From Azolla caroliniana (Eukaryota > Plantae > Polypodiophyta), in assembly GCA_043228905.1 (NCBI GenBank), contig JBHGNT010000013.1:20274001-20338000 (forward strand): a stretch of 64,000 bases of DNA, in the 5' to 3' direction. The translations under genes and the position numbers were made by a program. Below the pieces are notes generated by a model. It was not told the origin of the DNA and made no database searches. It saw only the letters and a list, made by a program, of their open reading frames with translations. Shown here piece after piece: positions 13,883 to 27,068 of this stretch (the stretch's first letter is position 1; each line of letters begins with the position of its first letter).

Positions 13883-16369
13883 TGTTGGGAATATGGATCT
13901 GAATCGGGATGATTTGGACTACCAACTCAATCAAGACAAATTAAACAATAGATGAAACCACAAGACAGAAAATGAGAGTACACCAAAATTTTAATGTGGA
14001 AAACCCAAAATAAGGAAAAACCACGAAACCCCTTCAGGTTCAAAACAAGTTCACTATTTTTCTTAGTACAAACAAATACAACCTCTCTAGCTTTGACTAG
14101 AGGGATGTATATGCTAAGGCAGTAGCCTTGATTACAATTCCTCACCCAAATGGGTGGATAGAAAAGCTAACAAAAATGGAAACAAGGAAAAACATGAAAC
14201 GAAGAAACCGGATGCAAAGTAGACAGGATAGTTGTTGTTCAATCATGGTTCTCTGATAGCACGAACAACCCCTCGTAGGTCTCTGTCTCCACTTTTGCAC
14301 TTTGGTAGAAAGAAAGAAAGAAATATTAACGTCTTCTAAGGCCAAAATTGGCCCATGAGACAATTGGTTTACAACAAAATGAGTATTTATCCAATCATCA
14401 TAACTAAAATAAAATAGAACTTAAGCTAAAATAGAACTAAAATAATGAGTAAAAATAGAACTTAAGCTAAAAGAGTTCTAATAGTGTACAAAATGTGGTA
14501 TACTCGATAAAGGAAGTGTCTTTACACTAAGCCTAATTTTATTTCCATCCAAGCCTCTCGAAAAGAAGAGGGAGGTCAAAGGGTTTTGGTGTGGGTGTGA
14601 CCCGTGGTCCCAATGTAGAGAGTGCCCTAGCCATGGCTTCTAGTCGGTGTAGCTCAGGTTCCCTTATTTTCATTATTGCTTCTACACCACGTCGAGTTGC
14701 TTTGAAACCCGACACCCGAGGACATCTGGTTTTTCTTTGGTTTTCTGCCTCATCAAGGGAAAGGCCGAGTGGTGCAAGTGTGTCAACATTCGTTGTCTCC
14801 CCCTGTTCCTGAAAAACTTCATTTGTTACACGTTGGTGAACATTAGCAACATTATTGTCAACATTTTGTAACATATTCTCTCTGTGTTGTTTTAGCTCTA
14901 GTATGTATTTGCCTAATTTCTTTATATCTAGAGTATCTAATAGTTCGGGGAGGGTGGGAGAGGAACCAAGTAGGTCTTGGTATTTTTCCCTTATCTCGGC
15001 GTAGGTTGGAAACTTGCATGTAAAGTGATACTCATCCTCTATCTCTATGTGGCATAACCTACATATCCTTTCCTCCCCAGGGACTCCATTAGTACGACCA
15101 TTCTCAATCTCAAGTTGGTGAGATGATATTCTAAGTTGTCCAATGGCAACCCTTAGTGCATGTGGTAAGAATACATCTAGATATTTTGGCTGCATGATAA
15201 AACCTAACTTAGAGAAGTGCATGAAGTGTTCCTTATAGTACAACATTTTAGATGGGAGTGGCTCTAGTGGGGTGATCCATTTATACCGAGTGTAAATTTG
15301 CCATATTTCTTGGCATATTACTTTATTGTGGTCCTCATGAGAGATTAAAGTGTTATCAATTGTGTGGTTGTACCTAAGGGGAGGTAGGTTATTAATGTCT
15401 AGACCATTCACAAGAAGCCAACTCACCATCATGCCATACCATGAGCTAGTATAACCGGGCTCATACAGTGATCAAGAGGCCTTAAAGGCTTGATGAGATA
15501 TTCTATCATGTGGTTGGCTATGTATCCTGTGAATAAAGACTACAAGTTGGAAAAGTGCCTCTACTAACATTGGGGTAACGTGAACTTATCCCTAATAATG
15601 TCATGTGGTACTGTTGATTTGCTTCGGAGTTAGCGTGATAACATCATCACCAATGGTCTCTCTAATTGCGTCCACATGAAAGATGGTAATCGTGGAGCCC
15701 AAACCGCTGATGCATACATGAGGGAGGGGGTCACTAATGAGTCAAAGAGCCACCCTTTAGTCCATGGCTCTTGAAAGTATGCTCGGTGGCATTGTCTCTC
15801 AAGTAGTGAGAGGGATGCATGTCCTCTTGTAAGTCTATCCTTCGTTGCCTATGTCATAAAAAATTTACATGACCGGACACTGAAAGTGACTCCGAGATAG
15901 ACATATGATCCAACCACCTCAACTGGGCTATGGGAGATAGTTAGGTGACACTTAGCTCTAACTTGGGCCGATGTGTGGAAGATAAGGACTTTATTTTTCC
16001 CTAGATTCACTACCAATCCTTGTTGTGCACAAAAGTCATCTAAGGCATTAAGGTGCCTTTGTAGGTCGTGTTCGGATTCAGAGAGCAAAACTATGTCATC
16101 TGCATAGAGCAAGATACGAACCTGTGTATCCCCAAGGACTACTATGTTGCCTCCCTTACGAGCAATAAAATCTGTGATCTCATCAATGTAGATCCCAAAA
16201 TTTGTCGGTGTAGAACACTCTTCCTCTTGCTCTCACTCTTTCGTTCTCTGTTTTTCTCTCACTCAGTTTTCTGTTTTTCTGTGTAAAAAATAGGTCACAC
16301 TGTCTCCCTTTTTCTTTTCTCTGTTTTTCTCTTTTTGTCTTCTTGTAGTCCAACGTCTATATTTGTGTT

Positions 16370-16401
<32 letters not shown>

Positions 16402-16564
16402 ACACACACCCCAAAAAAACATACAAAAAGAAAAAGGCATACACACACACATATATAAATATAAACACAATTAATTATAACTTTTCTTATAATTTTCCTT
16501 AAGCTTATTCGGCATTCAACTGACTCAATGTTGTGGGCTCCACTTGAGTGGACAAGCCCCAACA
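13883..16564 (-). repeat. 3' LTR of Copia A (interrupted by a LINE at 14311-16209)
   Basis: TGTTGGG...CCCCAACA termini. Aligns to 26308-27068 once the LINE is removed. Confidence 0.93.
14311..16209 (-). mobile_element. 5'-truncated RTEX/RTE-like LINE (copy 2) inserted in the LTR of Copia A
   Basis: RT motif LYADDIVLL (15849-16112) and C-terminal ORF 14539-15432. (TTTC)n tail. TSD GTAGAA at 14305-14310 and 16210-16215; the empty site is visible in the other LTR. Confidence 0.93.
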
Positions 16565-16577
16565 ATTCTCCCCCTCC
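16565..16577 (-). other. Polypurine tract of Copia A
   Basis: GGAGGGGGAGAAT immediately precedes the 3' LTR. Confidence 0.9.
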
Positions 16578-16580
16578 GTC

Positions 16581-19003
16581 TCAAGTGGGGGGCACAACCA
16601 AGTTTGCCTTTTGTTTGCAAACTTCAAGCTTCTCCCTTGACAAACTTTTAGTCATCATGTCGGAGCCATTCTCATTGGTATGTATCTTCTCAATGTGCAT
16701 TTTCTTTTCTTCAAGCAGATCTCTAATCCAATGGTATCTAACATCAATGTGCTTTGACTTAGAGTGAAAGGAATAATTCTTGCTTAAGTGGATAACACTT
16801 TGGCTATCACAATACAAAATGTACCTTTCTTGGGTCAGCCCCAACTCTTGTAGGAATTTTTTTAGCCATAACAATTCCTTACTAGGTACTGTGCCAGCAA
16901 TATACTCGGCCTTCGTTGTGGATAATGCCACACATTTTTGCAATCTTGATTGCCAAGAGACCGCTCCCCTGACAAAGATCATTAGGTAACTAGATGTAGA
17001 CTTTCTGGAGTCAACATCACCAGCCATATCAACATCTGTATATCCATCTAATATAGTTTGGTTCTCACTAAATTTTAGACAAACTCTTGAGGTACCCCTT
17101 AGATATCGCAAGATCCATTTCATTGCTTCCCAATGATCTTTTCCAGCGTTTGAGAGAAAACGGCTCACTACACCAACTACGTGAGCAATGTCCGGCCTCG
17201 TGCATACCATAGTATACATTAAACTACCGACTGCAGAGGCATATGGTATTTGTTTCATTCCTTCTTGCTCTTCATCACTCATAGGGCATTGAGCCGAGCT
17301 AAGTTTAAAGTGGCCCGCGAGTGGAGTGTTGACCGGCTTACTCTTAGCCATGTTGAATCTCTCAAGTACCTTCTCAATGTACTTTTCTTGAGACAACCAA
17401 AGTCTTTTGCTTGCCCTGTCCCTGATTATCTTCATCCCAAGGATTTGCTTGGCTGGTCCCAAGTCTTTCATGGCAAAAGATTTGCTGAGTTCCTTTTTCA
17501 GCTTCTCAAATCTTCTTGGTGTCTTGACCAACGATCAACATATCATCAATATATAAGAGCAAAATGACAAAATCCCCATATGGAAATTTCTTAACAAACA
17601 CATAATGGTTTGTATTTGTTCTATTATACCCATGGTTCAACATAAAGGAGCCAAACTTTTTGTACCAAAGTCTTGGAGCTTGTTTTAGGCTGTACAAGCT
17701 CTTCTTTAATTTGCATACCAGGTTTTCCTTACCTTTGACTCCAAACCCTTCGGGTTGATCCATGTAAATTTCTTCTTCCAAATCTCCATGGAGGAAGGTG
17801 GTTTTTACATCGAGTTGCTCGATTTCTAGGTCGAGACTGGCTACGATCCTAAGTACAACTATGATTGAGAACATCTTCACCACTGGTGAGAAAATCTCCT
17901 CGAAATCAATTCCCTTTTTCTAGTTGAACCCCTTCACAACCAATCTTGCCTTGTATCTTGGCTGTGGGCAATGTTCCTTAGTCTTGAGCCTGTAAACCCA
18001 TTTGTTTTTCAACGCTCTCTTGCCCTTAGGCAACTTTACAAGATCATAAGTGTGATTGTCTTGCAAAGACTTCATCTCATCATTCATGGCATCAAGCCAT
18101 TCCTCCTTATGATAATTTGCCATAACTTCTCTAAATCTTTCTGGCTATCCTTCATCTAAAAGCATCACATATTCATGTGGGATGTATCTAGTAGAAGGTC
18201 TTCTTTGTCTCATAGACATTCTAACCTCTTCCTCTTCCGGAGGAGTTGTTGAAATGTCACCTAGAGTATGATGGTCATGATTCTACCCATCATCATTGTT
18301 GGCTGCATCATTAACTGTATCATCATACTCCTCGATATCTCCCCCATGACCTTATGTGTCTAGGGCAAGCATTGCGTGTTCGGTGACTGAAAAATCAGGG
18401 GTGAGATCCGACATTTCATTCGGCTCCATATCTTGTAAGGTCTGATACTCAAGGAATACCACACCCTTGCTTCTAATGACCTTCTTCTCTATTGGATCAT
18501 AAAGTCTATAGCAGAATTCCTCATGGCTGTATCCCAAGAATATGCATGGTTTGCATTTGTCATCAAGCTTGGATCTTTCATCTTTTGGGATGTGAACGTA
18601 GGCCCTACAGCCAAACACTCTGAAGTGTTTGTATGACACATCTTTACTTGTCCAAACCCTCTCGGGAACATCGCCATCCAAGGGGGTTGACGGAGACAGG
18701 TTTATGAGGTCAATTGCAGTCCTCATTGCTTCACCCCAAAAGGATTTAGGCAATTTTGAGTGGGATAACATACATCTTATCGGCTCGTAAATTGTCCTAT
18801 TCGTCCTCTCACACACCATTGTGCTGAGGTGTTTTCAGGACACTTCTCTCTAGTCTAATACCATGCTCACGACAGTATTCCTCAAATCGTCCCTGATATT
18901 CACCACCGTTATTTGCACAGATACATTTTAGCTTTCTTCCAGTTTCTCTTTCCACACTTACATGAAAGTTCCTAAAGATTTCAAACACTTGATCTTTAGT
19001 CTT
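16581..19003 (-). pseudogene. pol: Copia A pol, 3' part (INT C-terminus, RT, RNase H) with stops and frameshifts
   Basis: YKARLVVKG, QLDVKTTFLHG, LLYIDDML, MKDLG, VALSTTKAEYIA and SKHIDVRYHW are spread over broken ORFs. Confidence 0.93.
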
Positions 19004-22000
19004 TGTAAAAAGTAACGTGCGGAAGCAAGTATGAAGACCGAATAGAAGGAAGAAAAATCAGGTTTAATGGAGAGCTTGAGCTTACGCAGTATACGCGGGA
19101 GAGACAGAGAGAGAGAGAGAGAGAAAATACAAGAACTATATTCAACAAAAGATCTCAATTCACTACTCTATACATATGTGTGTTCCATGAACACTTTTAT
19201 ACAAGTCCTCGAAGGACTGACCGAAGTACTGACCGTACTTCAATGCTCTTTAAGAGCTCCTACACTAACTCCCAAATATATTCCTCACGGAATATCTTTC
19301 CTAACGGCCTCCCGGTTTACGCACTCGGCCTAACCGATCGGTCCCAACCGATCCGGTCCTCGGCTTCTTCAGCCGATCCGGTAGATGTTGAGCTTGTCTC
19401 TCAACACTCCTCCTCAAGCTCAACTCGAGGCTCATCGGGATCCTCGGGCTCACAGCTCCGGTTCCTCCTGGCTTCACGCCTCGCTCGCGCTCCTCGACCT
19501 GTTCGACTCCGTGCGCTTCGACCCTTCCGGTCGGCTTGTCTGCTCATGCGGCCCTTATCAGCTCTTTTGCTATTGTGGTGTTGACGCTTCTCTTGCTGCC
19601 TTTTCTTCCGCTTGGGCCTCGGTTGATTCAGCGTATCGGAATCAAACATCCGAACCGACTCGGCTACCTCCGATCGGTTTTCGCTCCCGTCCGAGTTGGC
19701 TGTCTCCAACTCGTCTTCGGTCTTCTCGCCCTTGGTGGCGTCATCTTCCCCATGCGTGGTTGGCTTCGGCTCTCTCCTTCGGCTGCTCCCCTTTTGTCCG
19801 CTTTCGGACTTTTCCGCGGGTCCTCCCTCGGCTTCTTCAACCGATCCGAAGTCGAACTCGACAATCGAGTCAACAGTCGAGTCAACCGACTCGGTGTCGC
19901 GGCCTCCGCTCCTTTCCTGCTGCTTTGCTTGGTCGTTCAGGACTGTTCTCCCCCTCAAGTTTGGCATGTCGAGGTGACACACTCCGAGCGCACCGGAGAA
20001 TTGCCGCAACTTGTCCAGACCAAGGGGCTTAGTGAAGATGTCGGCAGTCTGCCGATCCGTCGGAACGTACTAAAGTTTGACCTCACCGGAAAGGACACGC
20101 TCACGGACGAAATGGTAGTGCACCTCAATGTGCTTGGTCTGTGCGTGGAAAACGGGGTTTTTCGCGAGCTGGATGCTGCTGAGGTTGTCGCAGTAGATCG
20201 TTGTCGGATCTGACACCTCCTCTTGCAGGTCCTTAAGTAGCCGCTTCAACCATATGGCTTCGCATGTCGCGACAGCCGCTCCTCAGTACTCAGCTTCGGT
20301 GCTCGACAGTGCAACTGTCGGCTGCTTCTTATTGCTCCACGCGATCGCGGCACTCCCGAGGGAGAACGTGTATCCGGACGTGGATCGGCGATCGACGGTG
20401 TTGTCAGCCTAGTCAGCATCGGTGTAGCCGACTAACTGCGCGGCTGCACCGGTCCGATATAGCAGTCCCCGGTCCTTAGTGCTGTTGACATACTGAAGTA
20501 TGCGTTGCGCACACTGAAGGTGTTCCTCGGTAGGTCGCGCCATGAACTGACTGATCACTCCAACCGGATAATTGAGGTCGGGTCGGATGATGGTCAAGTA
20601 TATGAGGCTTCCGACAATTTGTCGGAACCTCGTCGGGTCGCATACCGTTCTCGAATCGGGACGAAGCTTGACGGTTCTGTCCAGAGGAGTCGAGACTGAC
20701 TTACAGTCGGCCATCCCGAATTTGAAGAGCATACTCAACACGTAGTGACGTTGGCTGATCAATATGCCTTCGGGGGTACGGATCACTTCGATCCCGAGGA
20801 AGTAATGAAGGTCCCCCAGATCCTTCATGTCGAATGATGCCGCAAGCTGGAGCTTCACGCGGTCGATTTCACGTAGGTCGGAGCCGGTGATGACCAAGTC
20901 ATCAACATATAATAAAATACTAACCGGTCTGAGTCGACCTTTTTGGATGAACAGGGAAGAGTCCGATTTTGACGTGACGAAGCCCATCCGACGCAGTTGT
21001 TGCGTGATCTTCGCGTTCCAGACATGCGGGGCTTACTTCAGTCCGTAAAGGGACTTCTTCAGTCGGCATACTGCCGAGGAGTTCGTTCCAGAGTGAAATC
21101 TAGGGGGCTGTACCATGTACACCTGTTCCTCAAGGTCACCTTGCAGGAACGCATTCTTTACATCCATCTGATGTAAGTGCCACCCCTTCACCGCAGCTAC
21201 TGCGAGCAAAACACGGACGGTCGTCATTTTCGCGACCGGCGCAAACGTCTCATCGTAGTCGATGCCGTGTTTCTGCGCGTAGCCCTTTGCCACTAGCCGA
21301 GCCTTGTATTGGTTGACTGAGCCATCGGTGTTGTACTTGACCTTGTACACCCACCTACACCCGATCGGTTTTACCCCTTTTGGTGCGTCAACCAGGTCCC
21401 ATGTCTCGTTCTCCGCCAATGCGTGCATCTCTTCCTCCATCGCGGCACGCCAATTCGCGTCTTTAGCCGCTTCTGCGTAGCTCTCCGGTCACGCACTTCC
21501 GCTACACGGGTCATGTACGCATAATGATGCACCATGTACTCGTTGTATCCGAACCGCAAACCAAGATTCTTTTGGCGGGTAGATCGACATAATCTCACAT
21601 TAGCTGATGTCGAGGCCTTCTCGGTCAATGCGGTCTTCACCTTTAAAGACCCGTCACTGGTTCCCTCGGAGTCGGACTCGCGTCGGTCTGACTCGTTCCT
21701 ATCCGTGCCGGAATCCGACACCTTCTTCTTGCCTTTCTCTTTGCGCGTAAGCCGTCTCCTCGGCTTCCTGCACGGGGAATGCACGCCGAGTCTCCACTAT
21801 TCGCCGGCTCTTCATCGGACTGGTCGTACCGACTCAGTCGTCCAATCGGTCCACTTAAAAGGAGTGAAATCGGACTCTCTTCGCGGGTCTCGATTTCGGG
21901 CTCATCCGGAGGCATCTCGGCCTCGCTGACCTCATCGTCAGAGCTCGGATTGGAGTTGGGGTTCGGAGTCGGGGGCTGGTACCAGGACGCGGACTCGTCA

Positions 22001-24680
22001 AACACAACGTCGCGGCTAACACGCGCTTGTTTGGTGCGAGGGTTATAGCACTTATAACCCTTCTGCTCGTCCGAGTAACCAACCAAGATGCATTTCTCGG
22101 TCTTTGTGTCCAGCTTCCTCCTTTTCTCCTTCGGTACATGCACATACGCAATGCTACCGAACACCCTCAAGTGTCGCAAGTTCGGCTTCGTTCAGAAATA
22201 CAGCTCGTGCGCCGACACTTTGTCTCCGATCCGGTTCTGGATGTATACCGCGGTCCTTACCGCCTCGGCCCAGTAGAGCTTGGGCAAGATCTTCTCCTCC
22301 AACATTGCCCGTGCCGCTTCCACAACTGACCGATTCTTCCTCTCAGCCACACCGTTCTGCTCTGGCGTGTATCTACAACTGAATTCGCGCCGAATTCCCA
22401 TTTGTTGTAGATAACCGTTGAATTGACCAGAAAAGTACTCTTTCCCGCCATCCGACCGCAGGCACTTGATCTTTCGTCCTGTTTCCGTTTCCACGAACCC
22501 TTTGAGGTCCCGGAAACAGTTGAAGACTTCGCTCTTCCTCTCAATGAGGTAGATCCACGTGTGCCGCGTGTGGTCGTCGATGAAGGAGACGAAATATTGG
22601 CTCCCGCCAAGACTAACGTTTTGTGCCGGCCCCGGTTTTGCTCGTTGGGGAAAGGAAGTCGGTGTTGCTTCCTGAGCTGGCAGGCTTCACAAATTGTGCC
22701 TTTCGGCCACTAAATTTGGGCAATCTGAACACTACCTATTTCGATTGCAGATCTTGAAGCCGCTGGTAGTTGACGTGGCCTATCTGCTTGTGCCACAAGT
22801 CGATGTCCGACTCGGTTTTTCTTCCCTTCGCGAACATTGCGGTGCCGCCGTCAGTGGAGTCGAGGATGAACATCCTCCCGTCTCTGCGCCCTTGCGCAAT
22901 CACACGGCCTTCTTCCTCAATGAAGCACCCGAGGTGTGTAAACCGAACCTCCATCCCTTGGTCGACGATCTGTCCGACCGAGACCAAGTTCTTCGTGATT
23001 GTCGGAACGTGCATCACGTTCATGAGTTTCCCTTTCTGCCCGACATGGCTAAGGGGAACTTCTCCGACATTCGTGATCGGATGCGGAGTGTCGTCTCCAG
23101 TTGCGACTACTCCAGGTTGTATCGGTTTTTCAAGGTACGAGAACCACTCCTTATGGCTCGTCATGTGGTTTGACGCGCCAGAGTCTACGTACCACACTTC
23201 GTCCGATCTCGGGGTGATCCGTTTCATTGACTTTGCTTCGTGTCTTGTCACGAAGGCAGACCCTTCTCTGGCTCTCCCGGAGTCTTCGGCGTAGTGTGAT
23301 CGCTGCTGATTTCCTTTGTCGGTATGTCCGGAGCCGTTTCCGGAACCGGTTCTCTCCGATTCGGCACGCTTCTTCCAGCACTCACTTTCCCTGTGGCCTT
23401 TCTTGCCACAGTACCAGCACTCCGCGATGGCCTTCCCTTGCCGGTTCTCATCGCTTCGACTCCCCTTGTTTCCGGAGGGTCCGGAGTTGCTGTCGGCATC
23501 ACTTCGGTGCCTTCTTCCTTGATCTCGTTGGCCGCCTCTATTGCGCGCCGACTCGCCTCGTCCTCCACGTCCACGGGGCCTATCTCCCTCCGTGTACAAC
23601 ATTCTGCTGTCGGTGTGCGTGCTTGTAGACGCACCCGCGTGGTTCTCCTCTACTAGGAGCATTGACTGTAAGTCGAAAAAGGACGGCATATTCTCCCGGG
23701 TACACACAGCCGTCTGGAATGCTCCGAACTTCGACGCCAAACCTCCGAGACAGATCTGGACCATCTCACTCTCCTCGATGTTCACCTCTATGGAGGCGAG
23801 GGAGTCGTAGATATCCTTGATCTTCGAGGTATAGTCCGCCACCGACAAGTCGTGTTGTTGTAGGTTGCTCAACTCATGTCGGAGCTGAAGCTTCCTGGCT
23901 GTGGTTCTCGCGGCGAAGATCTTCTTCAGATTTTCCCACGCACCCTTTAGCGTCTTTGCATCTCGAACATAGCTCAATAGTTGTTCGCCCACACACGACG
24001 CGAAGCAGTATAATACCCTGCTCGCCGATTGCTCCCACGACGGGAAGTCTCTGTGTGTCGATTCGGGTGCCGCGTCATTAGCTCCTTCGACATAACTCCA
24101 GTAGCTGTGCCCGAGCAGGTACTGGTGCATCTTGTAAGACCAAGACGCGTAGTTGGTTCTGTCGAGCTTCTCTGTTGGAAGCGAGCTCGCCATGCCTCTA
24201 TCCATCGTTCTTCTTGTTCTTCTTCGTCTAGCCGTGTCGGCTGCAGAGAGGTTCTCAACCCTCGCGCTCTGATACCATGTAAAAAGTAACGTGCAGAAGC
24301 AAGTATGAAGACCGAACAGAAGGAAGAAAACTCAGGTTTAATGGAGAGCTTGAGCTTACGTAGTATACGCGGGAGAGACAGAGAGAGAGAGAGAGAGAAA
24401 ATACAAGAACTATATTCAACAAAAGATCTCAATTCACTACTCTATACATATGTGTGTTCCATGAACACTTTTATACAAGTCCTCGAAGGACTGACCGAAG
24501 TACTGACCGTACTTCAATGCTCTTTAAGAGCTCCTACACTAACTCCCAAATATATTCCTCACGGAATATCTTTCCTAACGGCCTCTCGGTTTACGCACTC
24601 GGCCTAACCGATCGGTCCCAACCGATCCGGTCCTCGGCTTCTTCAGCCGATCCGGCCGATGTTGAGCTTGTCTCTCAACA
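19004..24680 (-). mobile_element. Ty1/Copia element B nested in the integrase of A
   Basis: 403-bp LTRs 19004-19406 and 24278-24680 (~7 mismatches by eye). TSD GTCTT at 18999-19003 and 24681-24685. PBS TGGTATCAGAGC at 24266-24277; PPT from 19407. Confidence 0.96.
19401..24205 (-). pseudogene. gag-pol: Copia B gag-pol (gag, CCHC, PR, INT, RT, RH, C-terminal extension), disrupted
   Basis: [60 protein letters not shown] and ADIFTKPL are present, with several stops and frameshifts. Confidence 0.93.
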
Positions 24681-26262
24681 GTCTTTAATGCAAAGCACCA
24701 CAACTTCTTCGAGAAGTCATCGATAAATGTGGTAAAGTACAATGCTCCCCCAAGAGTTCTATCTTTCATATAGCAGAAGTTTGTGTGCACCAATTCCAAT
24801 GGCTGAAATTTTCTTTTGGGGGGCAGATGCTGAAAGGCTACTCTGTGTTGTTTGCCAGCCAAGCAATCAACACAAGTTTCCAAGTGCATACCTTTTATGT
24901 CCGGTAGGATGTTCGTCCTTGCTAGAACATTGAGTCCCTTTTGACTCATGTGCCCAAGTCTCTTATGCCATAGCTCAATCGAGGCATCCTTGTTGGCTAC
25001 ATTTACCTCTCCGCTGGACACCACAACATGAAGTACATAGAGGGAATTTTGTTTTAAACATTTTGCTAATATTAGCGAGCCTTTGATGAGCTTCCATTTT
25101 CCATCACCAAAGGAGTTTGTGTAACCCTCATCATCAAGCTTACCGGCTGAAATAATATTCAGCCGAATGTGTGGTACATGCCTAACATCATTTAATACTA
25201 GTTTGCAACCCATGTCCGTGGTTAGAATTATATGTGCTATGCCAACAGCCTCAGTCACGCCGTGGTTAGCCATTTTGACTTTACCAAAGTCACCACCGAC
25301 ATATGACGAGAACATTTCCCGATCTGGGGTAATGTGGTACGAGGCTCCTGAATCAATAATCCAATTGGTTTCTTGGGATGCTAAACTAACACAAGCATCA
25401 TAACACGCGATGATGATATGACCATCACATGTGGTTGTCATGGAATCATTTTTCTTGTTGTCAGTAGTTCCACCCTTTTGGTCCCTCTTTTTCTTCCTAC
25501 AATCTCTTTCGTAGTGGTTTGGACCACCACAATAATGACATTGTGAAGTCTTTCTTAGAGTCTTTCCTATTTCTAGATTTAGACCTCCCCTTAGAATTAT
25601 TTCTGTGATTTTGTGGACCCCTATCATGGTTTCTTACTCTAGAGGAGTTGTTTTCTATGATTAAGGCTCTATGGTCAAAGTTGGACTCATGCTCCTTTCG
25701 TCGTGCTTCTTCATGTAGAAGACTCGACTTAAGCATGTCCAATGTTAGGTCCTTTTGTTGCGTTGTAGTCCCAAGCATCACAACAAGGGTTTCCCAACTA
25801 TCTGGGAGAGAGCCTAACAATAACAAGGTCAACACCTCATTTGCTAGAGGTATGTATATCTAGAGAGACAGTTTGACTTATAAGTCCTTGAAACGTATTA
25901 AGACACTCTGCCATACTAGAGCCATCTTGATACCTAAGTCTTACAAGTTTCCTAAACACAGAGACTCTATTCAAAGCATTTTTGGTCTGAAACATACTCT
26001 CAATTTTTCTCCATAACTTGCTTGCTTTGGTTTCATCATAGAAATTGTTATATAGACTCATGTGTATGAAACATCGGATGTATGCAGATGTCTTTAGATG
26101 AATGACATCCCAAGTTAATGTATCTATGTTCTCGGGTTTGCTTGTACCATGTAGTACGGGCAACCACATGTCCTTACATACCAACATGTCCCTCATTTTG
26201 GACTTCCAAATGGGGTAGTTGGATCTCGTTAGTTTAATCATCCCGCCTAATGATTCATCCAT
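24681..26262 (-). pseudogene. gag-pol: Copia A gag-PR-INT N-terminal part, frameshifted
   Basis: KLTRSNYPIWK, LLGSLPDSWE, CHYCGGPNHYERDC, WIIDSGASYH, LWHKRLGHMS and FIDDFS. Confidence 0.92.
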
Positions 26263-26293
26263 ATTCCAAGTCTTTGCGGAGGGTATGAACCTC

Positions 26294-26305
26294 GCTCTGA
26301 TACCA
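26294..26305 (-). other. PBS of Copia A (tRNA-iMet)
   Basis: TGGTATCAGAGC lies 2 nt after the 5' LTR. Confidence 0.93.
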
Positions 26306-26307
26306 CT

Positions 26308-26874
26308 TATTGGGAATATGGATCCGAATCGGGATGATTTGAACTACCAACTCAATCAAGAAAAATTAAAAAATAGATGAAACCACAAGACAGAAAATGA
26401 GAGTACACATGGAAAACCCAAAATAGGGAAAAACCATGGAACCCCTTCGGGTTCAAAACAAGTTCACTATTTTTCTTAGTACAAACGAATACAACCTCTC
26501 TAGCTTTGACTAGAGGGACGTACCTGCTAAGGCAGTAGCCTTGATTACAAATCCTCACTCAACTGGGTGGATAGAAAAACTAACAAAAATGGAAACAAGG
26601 AAAAACATGAAATGAAGAAACCTGATGCAATGTACACATGATAGTTGTTGTTCAATTGTGGTTCTCTAATAGCACAAACAACCCCTCATTGGTCTCTATC
26701 TCCACTTTTGCACTTTGGTAGAACACTCTTCCTCTTGCTCTCACTCTTTCGTTCTCTGTTTTTCTCTCACTCCATTTTCTGTTTTTCTGTGTAAAAAATA
26801 GGTCACGATGTCTCCCTTTTTCTTTTCTCTGTTTTTCTCTTTTTTCTTCTTGTAGTCCAACGTCTATATCTGTG

Positions 26875-26925
<51 letters not shown>

Positions 26926-27068
26926 CATACAAAAAGAAAAAGGCATACATACACACACATATATATAAATACAACTAATTATAACTTTTCTTATAATTTT
27001 CCTTAAGCCTATTCGGTGTTCAGCCGACTCAATGTTGTGGGCTCCACTTGAGTGGGCAAGCCCCAACA
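26308..27068 (-). repeat. 5' LTR of Copia A
   Basis: Homologous to 13883-16564; contains a (CA)n tract. Confidence 0.93.

Larger units (their letters stand above)
13883..27068 (-). mobile_element. Ty1/Copia element A (Tnt1/Tork-like), full-length but degenerate, hosting two nested insertions
   Basis: LTRs 26308-27068 (5') and 13883-16564 (3', LINE-interrupted). 5-bp TSD ATTTC at 13878-13882 and 27069-27073. tRNA-iMet PBS and PPT present. Domain order gag-PR-INT-RT-RH. Confidence 0.95.

Noticed and set aside
19401-20009. env-like gene in Copia B
   Set aside because: It is in frame with RNase H, highly charged, and has no transmembrane segment. Treated as a Pol extension.
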